Shown here piece by piece: positions 1 to 19,878 of a stretch of DNA of 64,000 nucleotides; positions within the stretch are counted from its first letter, which is position 1, and each line of letters opens with the position of its first letter. The translations under genes were made by a program, and so were the position numbers. Origin of the DNA: the human T2T-CHM13v2.0 reference genome, Homo sapiens. The DNA is taken from assembly GCF_009914755.1 (NCBI RefSeq), contig NC_060948.1. One strand, written 5' to 3'. The notes beneath the pieces were generated by a model, which worked only from the letters and a program-made list of their open reading frames with translations, was not told the DNA's origin and made no database searches.

Positions 1-45
1 GCAGGACCTAGACTGAACCCCTGGCATTTTGGTAACATTAATCAT

Positions 46-427
46 TGATATGGTTTAGCTATGTCCCCATCCAAATCTCATCTTGAATTATATAGTTCCC
101 ATAATCCCCACATGTTGTGGGAGTGGCCTGGTGGGAGGTAACTGAATCATGGGAGCAGTTACCTGCTTGCTGCTTTTCTCATGATAGTGCATGAGTTCTC
201 ATGAGATCTAATGGTTTTATATGGGGCTTTTCCCCCTTTTGCTTGGAACTTCTCCTCACTGCTGCCATGTAAAGAATGATGTGTTTGCTTACCCTTCCAC
301 CATGATTGTAAATTTCCTGAGGCCTCCCTAGCCATTTTGAAATGTGAGTCAGGAAAGCCTCTTTTCTTTATAAATTACCCAGTCTCAGGTGTGTCTTTAT
401 TAGCAACATGAGAATGGACTAATAACA
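46..427 (+). mobile_element. THE1/MST-type ERVL-MaLR solo LTR
   Basis: Begins TGATATGGTTTAGCTATGTCCCC...AAATCTCATCTTGAATT and ends ...TATAAATTACCCAGTCTCAGG...GGACTAATAACA, typical THE1 LTR termini. Near-matching 5-bp flanks ATCAT/ATCCT. Confidence 0.85.
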
Positions 428-645
428 ATCCTCAGTGGAAAAGCTATTTTAGATCTGGACAAAGAGGATTTTACAAGAGTGTGCTAATGTTTTTCAAAAT
501 GTGCTTGGTGTTGGGGAAAACTATTGATACGTGAGCCCTAAAATCAGTTCCTACAAGTAGGGCCCAGAAATCTCCATTTTTTAAAAAAGATGTTTCTCTG
601 GAAATTTAAGAACTATAGCTGTTTTCTGAAATATAAGTGGTCTGA

Positions 646-970
<325 letters not shown>

Positions 971-1099
971 TAATTGTTTTTAAAATAAGTGGTATTGCAT
1001 TGGTCCACATAAACATGAAGGAAGCAAGTAGTGTCTATAGAGCTTGTTCCTCAACAAAAATACTTGCGAATGTGAAGGTAAACTTTTCTTTTTGTATTT

Positions 1100-1950
1100 G
1101 TCTTTGTTTGTCTTTCAAACCTGTGAAGTATTTTGAATATACACACATGGAGAATTACTCCACATATCCATCACTCAGCTTCTATAACTGTTACAACATA
1201 GACAAATCTTATTTCATGTATACCTTTCACCTATTTCACGATCCACTCATGATCCTCCCTCAACTTCACAGTTTTTTGAAGCAAATTTCTGAAATATCAT
1301 TTCCTGTAAAAATATTTTGATGGCATATCTTTAAAAGATAGGAATTCTTTTTTAAGGGTATAATTACATAATCATGTCAAAATAAACATTAACAAAAGCA
1401 TTCAAATTCAACATATTAACAAGAATATGTAGGTATATAATAATATATATATTTGTATTGTATCTGTATATCATAATAGATGTATATTCATGTATATCTG
1501 TATATATAGGCATATTAAGAGTTTATATATTTCAAAGTCATAGTTTTTATAGTTATTTTTCTGGATCAGGATTAAAATAAATCTTATATAATTGTTTAAT
1601 ATGCCTTTTAAGCATCTTCTAATTTATTGATTTTCCCCTCCATTTTTATCTCATATTTTTTATTTAATAAAGAAAAGTCATTTGTCCAGTAGAGTTTCTC
1701 GCCCTCTGAATTGTGTTAATCTATTCCTGTAAAACACTCCCCACCACCATGGCTTTACATGTTTCTCTAAGCCCCTAAATTTATTGTAAATTAGTGGTTA
1801 AATCTAGAGGATTGATTGTGTACAAGACTGCTTTGGGGGAGTTAGGAAACAAATTACTTTATAGATCTTATTGTGCATATCCTTCATAGGGCACATATCT
1901 AATTGTCTTCTAGTAGTCACTGATAATCATTGCTTTAGATTAATTTAGGT
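1100..1950 (-). mobile_element. Degenerate old L1 (L1M-type) 3' fragment
   Basis: AT-rich and resembles an antisense L1M 3' end (e.g. CCATCACTCAGCTTC...AAATCTTATTTCATGTATACC). Judged by eye only. Confidence 0.4.
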
Positions 1951-2234
1951 ACTAGGGCTTGCAAAATGGTGGTATTCTCCTATTGTCTATCCTTTATGAA
2001 TTACTTGGAGTACACTTGTTTTTTGTATTTGACGTTTTTATTTTAGGCTGTAAAAACAAAAACAAGCCAAACAAGCCAGCAAGCAAACAAGAAGAAGAAA
2101 ACAACAACAACACAAACCTTGAAATAGACTTGTCAGATGTAAATATTTCTTTTCTAGGGAAATAGAAGGTAGGCCATCTTACTTTACTGATGCTTGCTCT
2201 CTGTGAGGTTTTGATCCTGCTTTGGATTTTTGTT

Positions 2235-2555
2235 TTGTTGTTGTTGTTATTGTTGTTTTTTTTGAGACAGGATCTTACTCTGTCAGACAAGGCTGAGTGC
2301 AGTGACATAATCATGGCTCACTGCAGCCTTAACCTCTTAGACTCAGGTGATTGACCTTCCTCAGCCTCCCAAGTAGCTGAGACTTCAGGTGTGCACCACT
2401 ATACCTGGCTAATTTTTGTATTTTTTGGTAGAGATGGGATTTTACCAGGGTGATCTTTGGTCAGGGTGGTCTCTAACTCCTGGCCTCAAGTGATATGCCT
2501 GTTTCAGCCTCCTAAAGTGTTGGATTACAGGTGTGAGCCACCATACCCAGCCTGG
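2235..2555 (-). mobile_element. Alu (J-like) inserted in the NAP1L1 pseudogene C-terminal region
   Basis: (TTG)n tail, then GAGACAGGATCTTACTCTGTC...GAGCCACCATACCCAGCC; splits DEKNY from PKQDQN. Confidence 0.9.
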
Positions 2556-3540
2556 ATAATTTTTCTCATCTCTTTTTGTTTCCTCTTTATCATCCATTTC
2601 TTCACTTTCTTCATCATAATCATCATCATCTTCAACACTTGCTCCAGTAAAGTGTAACACTGATTTTGGGATTATACACCATTTTCACAGTCTGCAGCAA
2701 ATACAGCTTCAGCAGCATCATCCAGAACTGCATTCTCAGAACTTCAGGCAGGCAGAAAAAAATTAAAGTCATCAGAAACTGTTTTATTCCCATTAGAAAC
2801 TGTCCCACATTCCTTGTGTTTCTGCTTCTTAAAGGTTTTTATTCCTTTTTTCCCAGTCCATCTGGCACCCTGTAGAACCCATAATTTCTGGCCTATCAAA
2901 AGAAAAATGATGAGAGTCTTCTGATTTTGACTTCATACTATATGTCTTTGTCAACACTTCATTTGTGAAATATTCAGGGTTCAAAGTGAAATTCTAAGAC
3001 AAAACTCATAGGTTGGCCAGCATCTGAGAACTTCACCTTAACATCTTTGAAGTGCTTCAGAATAGGTTCATCATGTTCCTGAACTATATCATTGAGCAAG
3101 TCCAAAATTTAGGAATTCCTTTGGGGTCTTTGTTTTCTTCATCCATTTTTTCATGATCAACCTTGGCCTTTCTTTCAGCTTTGAATTTCAGCTGAAATTT
3201 TGTCTTCTTTATCTCCTTTCAATTCACATTTTTCTTCCATAGTTCATAAATTGCATTAATAACATCAAATCACGTATCAAATAGAGGCTGAGAGGGAGTA
3301 GCATACTTCCTTTCAGGATCATAAACTTCCTCATGGAATTTGGCCTCTGTCTGTGCACATTTAAGTTGCAGGTTTTTGAGAGCATTGACTCATCTTTAAC
3401 TACCTTAGGCAATCATTCAATATATCTTGTTGATCTTTCTACCAAACCATCAAGTCTTTCTCTAAAGCCTGTAAGAATCTGAGGATTTTCCATCATCTGA
3501 ACAAATCTGCTTTGATTTTTTTCTCTTCACCAGTTTCTTT

Positions 3541-4255
<715 letters not shown>

Positions 4256-4449
4256 AAATCTTGTCCAAGATCAGACTCTTCTTTGTTGTCAATGTCTGCC
4301 ATGTAAGAACTCCGAATATCTGAAATGCAATCCCTCATTTCTGTTACAGTTCTTTCGGTGGATGAAAATGGCATATTTGTGCATTCTCTGGACATGCTAT
4401 AACAAGGACACTCCTTGTAACTATTGTTACATATTAACTCAAAAATTCT

Positions 4450-4960
<511 letters not shown>

Positions 4961-5298
4961 TCTATAAAGAGAAAATTGCTATCACTGTTTTTGGTTGGGA
5001 AAAACATTTGTATGAGATAAACATGTTATTCTTTTCATAATCAGACATTCTTCTCACAAGTGTTGGTTCTCTACCATTCCTCAAAGGTGATAATTTTTTG
5101 AAATATGTTATTGTGGATTCATGATTTTGGATATATCCAATGGGTTTAAGTGCATTGCAATAAAATGGTATTTTGATACTCATCATTAGCCAGTACAAGC
5201 CTCTTCAAACTGGATCACAACGTTTTTTGACACACCCTAGTAATGATGTATTTTGCATGTGAGAAATAAGATGCATTTTGAGCGACCAGAGGGTAGAG

Positions 5299-5650
5299 TA
5301 TTTTGGGCTGAAATGTGTCCTTCCCCAGATTATAACTCCAAGTACCTCCAACTGTGCCTGCATTTGCAGAGAGGTAATTAAGGTAAAATGAGGTCATATG
5401 GGTGAACTCTAATCCAATATGACTAGTGTCCTTACAAGAGAGTCAGACATAGACACAGAGCGAAGATCAGGTGAAGATAGTGATAAGGCTGCCATCACTA
5501 AAAGCCAAGTAGAAAGGCCTTGGAATAAATCAAACTTGTCAATACTTTGATCTTGGACTTGGGGCTCTGAAATTGTGAGAAAATGAATTTTCTTTTGGTT
5601 AAACCACTCAGTGTGGTATTTTCTTATGGCCTCCATAGCAGCCTAATACA
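5299..5650 (+). mobile_element. MLT1-type MaLR solo LTR
   Basis: GGTAATTAAGGTAAAATGAGGTCAT...CTAATCCAATATGACTAGTGTCCTT...CCACTCAGTGTGGTATTTTCTTATGGC...CTAATACA. Confidence 0.8.
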
Positions 5651-6589
5651 CTTAGTTCTATAAAACTTTTTGAGAAGTTTTAGATACGATGTCTTTAAAT
5701 TTTGGTTCCATAAAGCTTTTTGAGACATTTTAGATAACATGCTTTTACATTTTGGTGTATGAATTAATTCTATACTATTGAAGTGTCTCTGTTTTCTCAA
5801 AAACTAGTATAATCTTTTTTTGTAAATTCCTTCTTAGTGATGGGAAGTAAAATTCTTTTTTTTATTTTTCTGCTTCATCTTCTTTTGGAAAAAGATATAA
5901 AGACCTTGTACTGTGTCTTGCTTATGCAATTGTAGCTACTTTACGCAATTGTAGCTACTTTATTAAAACCTCGATCTTTGTGAGCTGGTTAGTTACTTTC
6001 AAAGCTGAGACACATTAGCAACTGTGAACAACAGGTACATTTTATCAGTAATAAAAGTTTATTTGCTTTGCAGCCAGTTATTTTGTATTCACAATATACT
6101 TTTGAAATATTATCTCATCATTGTCCCTATATAAATTTTCCCTCTGTTGTGTTTCTTTGAGAAGGTAAAAAGATGTAAATATAGTTGACTTCATCTGTAG
6201 TCATTTATAATCTTTCTTGGACTGTAATAAAGACTTTTCTTATATGACAACTAAAATTAGACCATCCTTTCCTTGTCTCTCACCAAAAGTTAACATTATG
6301 AATGAAAAGTAATGTCAAAAGCTGTTTAGTTTATCTGAACTACCTCTGATCTTTCAGATTAGGAAACATCTTTTTTCCTTTATATTCCTTAGCTGTTCTT
6401 TCTGAAGTGCTTTATATATTGGTAATTTTTTATAATAATACTAGGATTTTTGATAAGCATGTAAGTATTAACAATAATGTTTACTTTGTTTTTTGTGTTC
6501 TGACCATGTTGCTTACAGTTGACATGAGACCCCATTCTTGACATACCATAAGGACATTAAATGAAGGCCTTTGGAAAATATTTGATTTA

Positions 6590-7480
6590 CAGCTGTAATC
6601 CCAGTGCTTTGGGAGGCCATGGCTGTTACACTGAACTAGAGAGTTCAAGGCTGAGTGAGCTACGAAGGTGCCACTGCACTCCAGCCTGCGTGGCAGAGCC
6701 AGGTACCATCTCTAAAAACTTGAACGTTATCAGTATTTTGAAATTATGTTAATTACATATGAAATTAGGCTAGTTTTTTTTACTGAAAAACATAATGTAA
6801 AAATACTTTTCTTTCCTCAAAATACATTGTCTTAACTTGATGAAAATTTCTCAAACAAGATTTTATTTATTTAAATACAAGATCTTGCTCTGTCATAAAG
6901 GCTGGAGTGTGGTATCACAATCATAGCCCAAACAAATGGGCTTAAGCCTCCCATAGCTGGGACTACAGGCGTGTTCCACCACACCCAGCACTTTTCAATT
7001 TTTTTGTACAGATGGATCGCCCTATTTTCCAGGCTTGTCTCCAACTATCAGTTGAGCACAAGCTGATTTTATCTCAGCCTTCCAAAGTGTTTTGGAATTA
7101 CAGGGGTGAGCCGCCTCTCATTTATCATTTTTGAAACAAAAGGTAACGACTTGAGAAAACAAGGTCAAACCAATGGTTTGAAAAGAGAATTGCTATCCAG
7201 CACTTAACTCATTATATCAACTATGTACCACTGGTTTTCCTTTCGTAAAGCATTTTATGATTTTTAGGTTTCTCAGTTAAGGACAAGATGATTTCTGAGT
7301 TTTAAAAATAGGTATGCTAGAAAACTGAAATACCTGGCCTCTACATTTAGAGATTACCGGCTCTGGCCCACAGGCTGCAGTGCAGTGGCTTGATCACAGC
7401 TGTCCGCCTGTATCTGCTGGCCTCAAGCGATACTCCAGCCTTGTCCTCCCAAAGCGCTCAGAGGTGAGCGACCGCGATAG
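6590..7480. mobile_element. Old Alu/FLAM fragments (about 6590-6720 +, 6870-7118 -, 7360-7480 -)
   Basis: Degenerate Alu motifs. Confidence 0.7.
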
Positions 7481-8479
7481 GCATGTTTAACTTTTTAGTA
7501 GCAACTTTTAAACACAGTTTGGGTACCTAGTTTAATGGGAAATTAGAGTGCATTAAAACGTAAAGTAATGAAAACGCACAATACACGTTTTTGGAGTTCA
7601 TCAGTACTATCTGTTTAATCAAATGCATTTTCCTCTCAGTCTCTAAAGCCTTTTTAAACTTTAAGAGGATAAATAATTTTGTAAGAAGACAATCCCAAAA
7701 CCAATTGTTAGTTTACATTTATTAAAGGGTGTGCATAATTCATTGTTCATGAGACAATTACACAAAACTGACATTTCAAGGATGCCAAAAGATGAAACAC
7801 TGCCATAAAGAACACACACTAGACATTACAAATCTTGGTCAAAATACCTACGTTAACGCAAAAAAAAAAATCAATTGGCTCAGTAATTGATTAGGATAAT
7901 CCTCCCCTCCTCTTGCCTGTACACTGTGGCAAGTCCATTTACTTTCTTTTTTTTTTTTTTTAAAGCCAACAAAGGAGACAGTGGGGAATGCTATATGTCT
8001 GTATCTGCTTTCCTCCTCAACCCTAGGAATAAAGTAAACACGTTTACTGAGGGCGGGGGTCTAAGGGCCTGCAACAATGAGATCTGTCGCCTTGGCTAGG
8101 ACTGGCGCCGAGAGGCGATAGGTCTCGGGAGAGCCTGGCGCAGGGTGTGGGAGATTAGGAATCCCAGGTCCACCGGAGATGGCAGGGGGTGGCCTGGCCC
8201 GGTGCGGGGCCGCTTGCCTGCACGCAACCAACTAAGGCGGTGGTGCGCAAGTAGTGGTGACGGCGGGCGCGCGGAGAAAAGGAACGTTGTGACGGAAACT
8301 CCAGCTGCCGGAGACCCCACCGCAGTGAGGTCACTGGACTCCCCGGACTCGGGGCGTGACCGGCGCCGACCCGGGGCGCCGAGAGGCCCACCGGGCGGAG
8401 GGGGCCCAACTACCATCCCGCATTTTCCTGGGTCTCTCTCCCGGGCGGTGACGTGACGTGCTGACGGCGGGCCCGTGCC

Positions 8480-8628
8480 GGGGAGCTGGGCCGCTTTTTG
8501 TCAGCTCCGAACTCGGCCCCTCCTCCCTCCCTCCGCCCGCCCTACCAGCCGGAGCCCGGCCCAGTGCTCCAGAGAAAGGCCGTCCTGCAGCACCCGCCGC
8601 TGTCGCCGACCGCCCGCACATCCGTCGG
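8480..8628 (+). other. ZFY: Probable 5' non-coding exon 1 of ZFY (start approximate)
   Basis: Strong donor CGG|GTGAGT at 8628/8629 inside the CpG island. Confidence 0.65.
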
Positions 8629-8659
8629 GTGAGTCCCGCGTGCCCCCGCGGCCGCGGGG

Positions 8660-8951
8660 CCTAGTGCGCGCGCAGTAACCTGTTTGTGGCCTGGTCGGCG
8701 TCCCGTAGGGCGCCCTCCCGCGCTAGGCCGGCCGGCGTGGCGCTCGGCGCCGAACAGGCCCCGAGGAGGCCGCAGTTAGGCCTAGTGATTATCCAGTTGC
8801 CCTGAGCGGCTGCGGAGGTGCGCTCCATAAGCGGGCAGGGTGGGAAAAGTTCGCCCGCTTGTCCGGAAGGCAGTTGATGGACCTGGGGTCGACACCACTG
8901 CGGACGCAGGGCACGGCACGGGGGCGAGAAGGCGAAGGCTGCAGGCGTGAG
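8660..8951 (+). other. ZFY: Candidate alternative first exon of ZFY (start approximate)
   Basis: Weaker donor GAG|GTGAAG at 8951/8952; consistent with my recollection that ZFY has alternative first exons. Confidence 0.4.
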
Positions 8952-10404
8952 GTGAAGGCCGGAGGCCTGCTGGGCCTATTTTCGCTATGTAAATGTCCGC
9001 GAAGGGGAGGAGGGACGGGGGGGCAAGATGGCGGCTGCTAGGCGCCTGCTGCTGGGGAGTATTGAGAGTGTTGTCGGGAGGCGGAGCCGCCATCTTGAAG
9101 GCGGTATCTGGAAAAAAAATTCGGTTATGATCCTTGAGGCGGGGATGGGGAAAAGGACGGCGGCGGCGGCGGCAGCGCAGCCTCCGGCGCGACGGCGTGT
9201 CTGCGCAACAGGGCGTGCTCGTTCCCTTGGCGGCCCTTGCCTTTGTCGCCATATGCGCGCGTACGTTCCAGACGCCTGCGGCAGCGCCACCTTTCGGCCT
9301 TCCCCTCACAGCCCATCCTTGGCTGGGTGCAGTGTCGGCTACGCTTTAGGTGACATGCCGCAGGCGTCCGTTCGGGCGCCGGGGTCATTTCGCCCCTCAG
9401 CGCTCCCGGCTCTGTGCCCTTCCGAGAGTCTACAGCCACCCGTTTCAGCAGGTGGCAATTCGGGCATCTAGGCTCACGAGAGCACATAAATTCCAGAAAA
9501 TTTTATTTTCCCCTAATTAAAGTCATTATGTGGCTGTTCGGGGACCTTCGATGCGCTTATTTTTCAACCATCATTGCCTCTTCGAGGATCTGCAAAATAG
9601 AACTGGAATTTATTATGAAAAAGTTATTAGGCACTCGTCCAATAGACAGTACAGTACAAATTATACAGCACGAGGGCAGAGGAATAAAATTTCCCCAAGG
9701 CGACTTTTCCCATTTATGTGGAAACACTTTTTTGATGAGCTGTATTTAAACGAGCGAGCTTTTTTTTAGTCCGTGTACTTTTTTTGAGTAAGAGATGGAA
9801 AATAGGCAGAAGAGGTATTTTTCTTTTTGAAAGACAATTCATGCATTACTTGTAGGTTCATATACCCATGATGACATTGAGATTTTATTTGAAATTTCTT
9901 ATACAGTTTCATCTTCAAAATACTTTTGTTAGCATTTTGTACAACTTTGCTGGAAAATTGGAGCACAGTAATGTGAGCGTTGGACAGTGCTAGGTGCTAA
10001 GAAAGATTTAAAAGGCTCTTAATGCAGAACGTGACTGCAAAAAGTTTGCTGCGGGCATTTCACAGGAAGGCGAGGTTTCAGTTTGCAAAATTGGGAATCC
10101 TGAAGTAGATGGGGTTTAGCTAGGGTGAGGAATGGGAGTAGGAGAGGTCATTACAAGAATGAAATGTCTGTAGAAGATGCAAATATTTACGGTTTTGCTG
10201 GAGTGGATAATATAGATAGGAAAGGGATTCAAATTTAGGCTGTAAAAAGTAGATTTTGAAATACATTGGTGGCACACCTCAGTTTATGCTGAGCTCTGGC
10301 TGCAGCTGTTACAAAAGTTTAAAGGTTGAGAAGGATTGAGAGCTAGTATAAATTGATAAGTGTTTTCGTTACTGGATGGATGATCAAGAAGGTAGCTGTT
10401 TTTT

Positions 10405-10692
10405 GGCCAGGTGCGGTGACTCACGCCTGTAATCCCACCACTTTGGGAGGCCGAAGTGCGCGGATCACCCGAGGTCAGGAGTTCGAATCCAGCTCGAGAC
10501 CAGCTGGAGACCGACATAGCGAAACCCCGTCTCTACTAAAAATACAAAAAAACTAGCAAGGCATGACGGCGCGCGCCTGTAATCCCAGGTACTTTGAAGG
10601 CGGAGGTTGCAGTGAGTCGATATCGTACCACTGCACTCCAGCCTGGGGAACAAGAGTGAGAGTCTGTCTCAAAAAAAAAAAAAAAAAAAAAA
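10405..10692 (+). mobile_element. Alu (S-like) with an internal right-arm deletion, CpG-rich
   Basis: GGCCAGGTGCGGTGACTCACGCC...; jumps from TAATCCCAGGTACT to GGCGGAGGTTGCAG; A-tail. Confidence 0.88.
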
Positions 10693-11006
10693 GAATGTGG
10701 CTATTTTTTGAATTAGTCTCTACTAGACTGCTGCTTCGTTTTTGCATCGAAAGTTTACCAAATAATCTTTTGCTCCTATTTAAAATTGTAAGCAAAATTG
10801 TATTTACTGTGGTTGAAAATTACAAAAGTACAGGAAATCAGTTTGAGAGGTATGTTTAGAAAAGCAGTTTTCAGAAATGCAGTAGCCTTCAGGTGGCTTT
10901 ATGAAACTTTGCCCTTCTTCTTGGTGAAGGTAAGCAAGCTTTAAAATTCGCTGTTCACTTTATATGTGAGGGTCCTAGATGCAGTAGTTTCAGAGAACAT
11001 GTATAG

Positions 11007-12057
<1,051 letters not shown>

Positions 12058-12163
12058 TCTGGTAGCCAATTATCTTGGATGAATGAGTTGTTAGTTTTTA
12101 ATTTATGTGTATTTATATTCAAATAGATGCCCCTTAACTTTCTTTCAAAAAGCATACAGTGCT

Positions 12164-12196
<33 letters not shown>

Positions 12197-13914
12197 CTCT
12201 GTTTACATTTGTATTGTCACTAATTGATATCCTTTGAATTGTTGCATTTATGCATTCTGGCAATTGCAAACCTTTTTAGATTCTTAAATTCTTCAACCCC
12301 TGCATATTACTTCATTACTTAATTGAGAAAGATAGATGACTATATGATACATATGTTTGATCTCATTCATTTCATGCTTTTTCTTTATTTCTTCCTACAC
12401 TTTCTTTTGCCGATGGAAGAAGTGCTGCTTTCAACGTCCATTTTCTCTGCTTACCCTTTTCCCTGCTCTCTGCCTGCCCCTTCCTATAAATATTCATAGG
12501 TATGCTCGTTTTACAAAAACCTTATCTGTTTTCTCTTTAGTTTCACTAGTCCTTCTATTTCTATTCTTCCCGCTTCTAAATCTGGTATTACTCAACGTGT
12601 GAAACGGTTCCACAGCAGGTAATTGGTGTGTCACATGAAAGTGTACTGCATTTCAGAAACTCTCTGTGCTTTCTTTGTCTGCTCTGGTCGTTTTCCTAAC
12701 CTAAATGTGGAATTTAACTTGAGATTAATTACTTGTTTTCTCCAAACTTCTTCCCTGCATCACTGTCTCTTATTTTCACTCATCAAATTTGTCATCTAGC
12801 ATTTACAGTTATCTACTGAACATCTCCATCCTGATCTCTTATTAACAGTCCATATTTAATATTGCTGAAACCAAATTTATCTGGCACATAGTAGGTACCC
12901 AGTAATGTGCAGTGAACCTCTTTTACTCTACAGTCCCTAAAATAATTCCTGATTTTGCTTTCTTTCTTTTCCAAACACTACTGTTTTACCAGGCTTTCTT
13001 TCATCCCGGTCACTTAGAGCAGTGTAGATATCTTTAATTAACATTTAATCTGTTGTATTCTAAATGTAGGTTTATACTTTTTGTTTTCATCCGTAACTTT
13101 CGAAGCCCTTAATTATAGTAGATAGTTTTTTATCTTGATTTGCTCCCCTAACAGAATGATTTGGCAGGTAAACATTATTCCAAAAAAAATTATTTGAATA
13201 ATTTAATGCAGAGATTTATATGGAGTTGAATAGCCCTCCAATTGAAATTAAGGAGCCAAATAGTGTTCTTGAATTGTGTAAGTGTTAAGGCATACAGTGT
13301 TCATTTTTTGAAGGCAGCAGATGAAAACAGGATTCTCAGGAACATGTTTCCACCATTGCTTTCACAATCTACCTTGACTGAGAGCCCATTCTTTTTCTTA
13401 CTAAATTGTTTTAAACGTAGTATTTTCATAAATACGGCTTTCTTATTTAGCTATAAAATGAAATAAAGGAGAGTTACTAGATTATAACCAAATCCTGCTT
13501 TATTGAAAGAGGAATTTGAATCTAGGCGAGGCACAAAGGAATCTACGTCAATGGCTTTAAAAAATTAACATAGTTAATATATTAAACATGTAAATTATAA
13601 AATCTTCTGTCCTTAGTAAGCAAGTACAAATCTGTTGTATCAGATTGTAACCTGTTGTAACAGATTGTAACAAATGTTACAGTCTTTCATACTTGTTTCA
13701 TGTCTTTTTCTATTTAAAGAAATGGAATTCTGCAGGTCATTTTTAAGAGTTGCCTTCAGTGCTTCCCAATCCTGCTTCTTTTTCCCCAGACTGGTTTCCT
13801 TGTATATGTTTTAACTTTAGAAAGGTATCTTATAGTATGTGTCATTTTGTGTATTTTTTATCACTCAACAGTGAGTTTTTGAGTTTCTTTCATGTTACCT
13901 GTGGATCTGATATT

Positions 13915-14380
13915 TTAGTTAGCAAAAGTTGGTCTAGGAACCCATGGGGATCTTTGACACCTTTTCAGATGTCTGTGAGAGGACAACAATTTTTAAAAAA
14001 TTACCGAGAAGTTATTTACCTTTTTTACTCTTATTATCCCATGAATGTAGTGTGTGGTAGAGTTTTCATGAGTTTCAGATGTTTCAGAAAGTTGAATGCA
14101 GAAGCAGAGGAATCCACCTGTTTTATTTAAGCCAGGTATTAAAAAGATTAACATAAAAAATTTGTATTGTGGAAAGTGCTTTTAATACAGTGTTATTTAT
14201 TTTAATATTAATGGTTTATTAGTTGTAAGTGAATAAACATAAACTTTTCATAAAATTACTAGGCATTAACTTTTAAAATGGCATATATTGATAATAAAAC
14301 CTGCTTAAACAAAAGCTCTTTGAGGACTCTCAAATTTTTTAATTGTAAAGGAGTCCTAAGGTGAAAACGTTTGGGAAATC
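13915..14380. mobile_element. hAT-Charlie-like DNA transposon fossil
   Basis: AAAGTTGGTCTAGGAACCC...GGAGTCCTAAGGTGAAAACGTTTGGGAAATCATT; resembles the element at about 4450-4960. Confidence 0.45.
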
Positions 14381-14664
14381 ATTAATCTGAATTTATTTAT
14401 ATTCTATTATAGTTTATAAATGTACTGTGGCCTGTTTATTCATTACTAGGAACCAGTTAGATTTCCAGTCTTTTGCAATTTTGAAACAATGTGGCTGTAA
14501 CATCTTTGTACATGATTAACTTCTTTTGGGTTTAAGTGGAATTGGTAATCTGAAGTGTATGTGCATTGTCAACTTTACTGGAATTACCAAATTCTTTCCA
14601 CATTGGTTGTATCTAGTTGATACTAAGTTTTCTATTAGACTGTTTCTCCATATCATTACCAAAT

Positions 14665-19415
<4,751 letters not shown>

Positions 19416-19878
19416 AAGGAGGATTTTAAACATAACCCATTGAGTGAGTATCATTTCCAGGTGTGTTTAATCTCTTATTTAGGAAATATTTTTAAATCTT
19501 TTTCCATTGTATTTTATGTTGTCTGTTTGCCAATATTTCATATGAGTTCCCATCTCTTTTCTGACTTTTTATTTTACTGAATGATTTTATCTCACCATCT
19601 TTTTAAACAACAGCTTATAAATAAATTGCTTCTACTTACGTCTTTTCAGTTATTTTGTTTTAATGTTAAACCCAGTTACTTGATTTCAGGCAGTAGAAAA
19701 TCAGTGTGTTTATTTTCTATTTAAACTTCTACTTGAAGATAGGGTTTGGTGGCCAGGAAAAAAAGGGAAGTTTAAAATTTGCTTTATCTTGAAAAGATTG
19801 GTTGAGTGGAGTAGCAGATAAGAAAAAAAAAAGATGAATTTTTAAGATAAATAGGATATATTAAATTAAAAATATTTG

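Larger units (their letters stand above)
8050..9480. promoter_or_regulatory. CpG-island promoter of ZFY
   Basis: About 1.4 kb of very GC- and CpG-rich sequence in an AT-rich, CpG-poor background. GC boxes (GGGCGG), tandem TGACG CRE/ATF half-sites at 8449-8466, YY1 sites, a NotI site at 8648, and no obvious TATA box. Confidence 0.92.

Noticed and set aside
8408-8422. ACTACCATCCC resembling the ZNF143/THAP11 ACTACAnnTCCC motif
   Set aside because: Spacing is one base short of consensus; too weak to call.
8096-9487. Many overlapping 60-175 aa ORFs on both strands
   Set aside because: Stop-poor GC-rich CpG island; Arg/Pro/Ala/Gly-rich translations with no recognisable domain.
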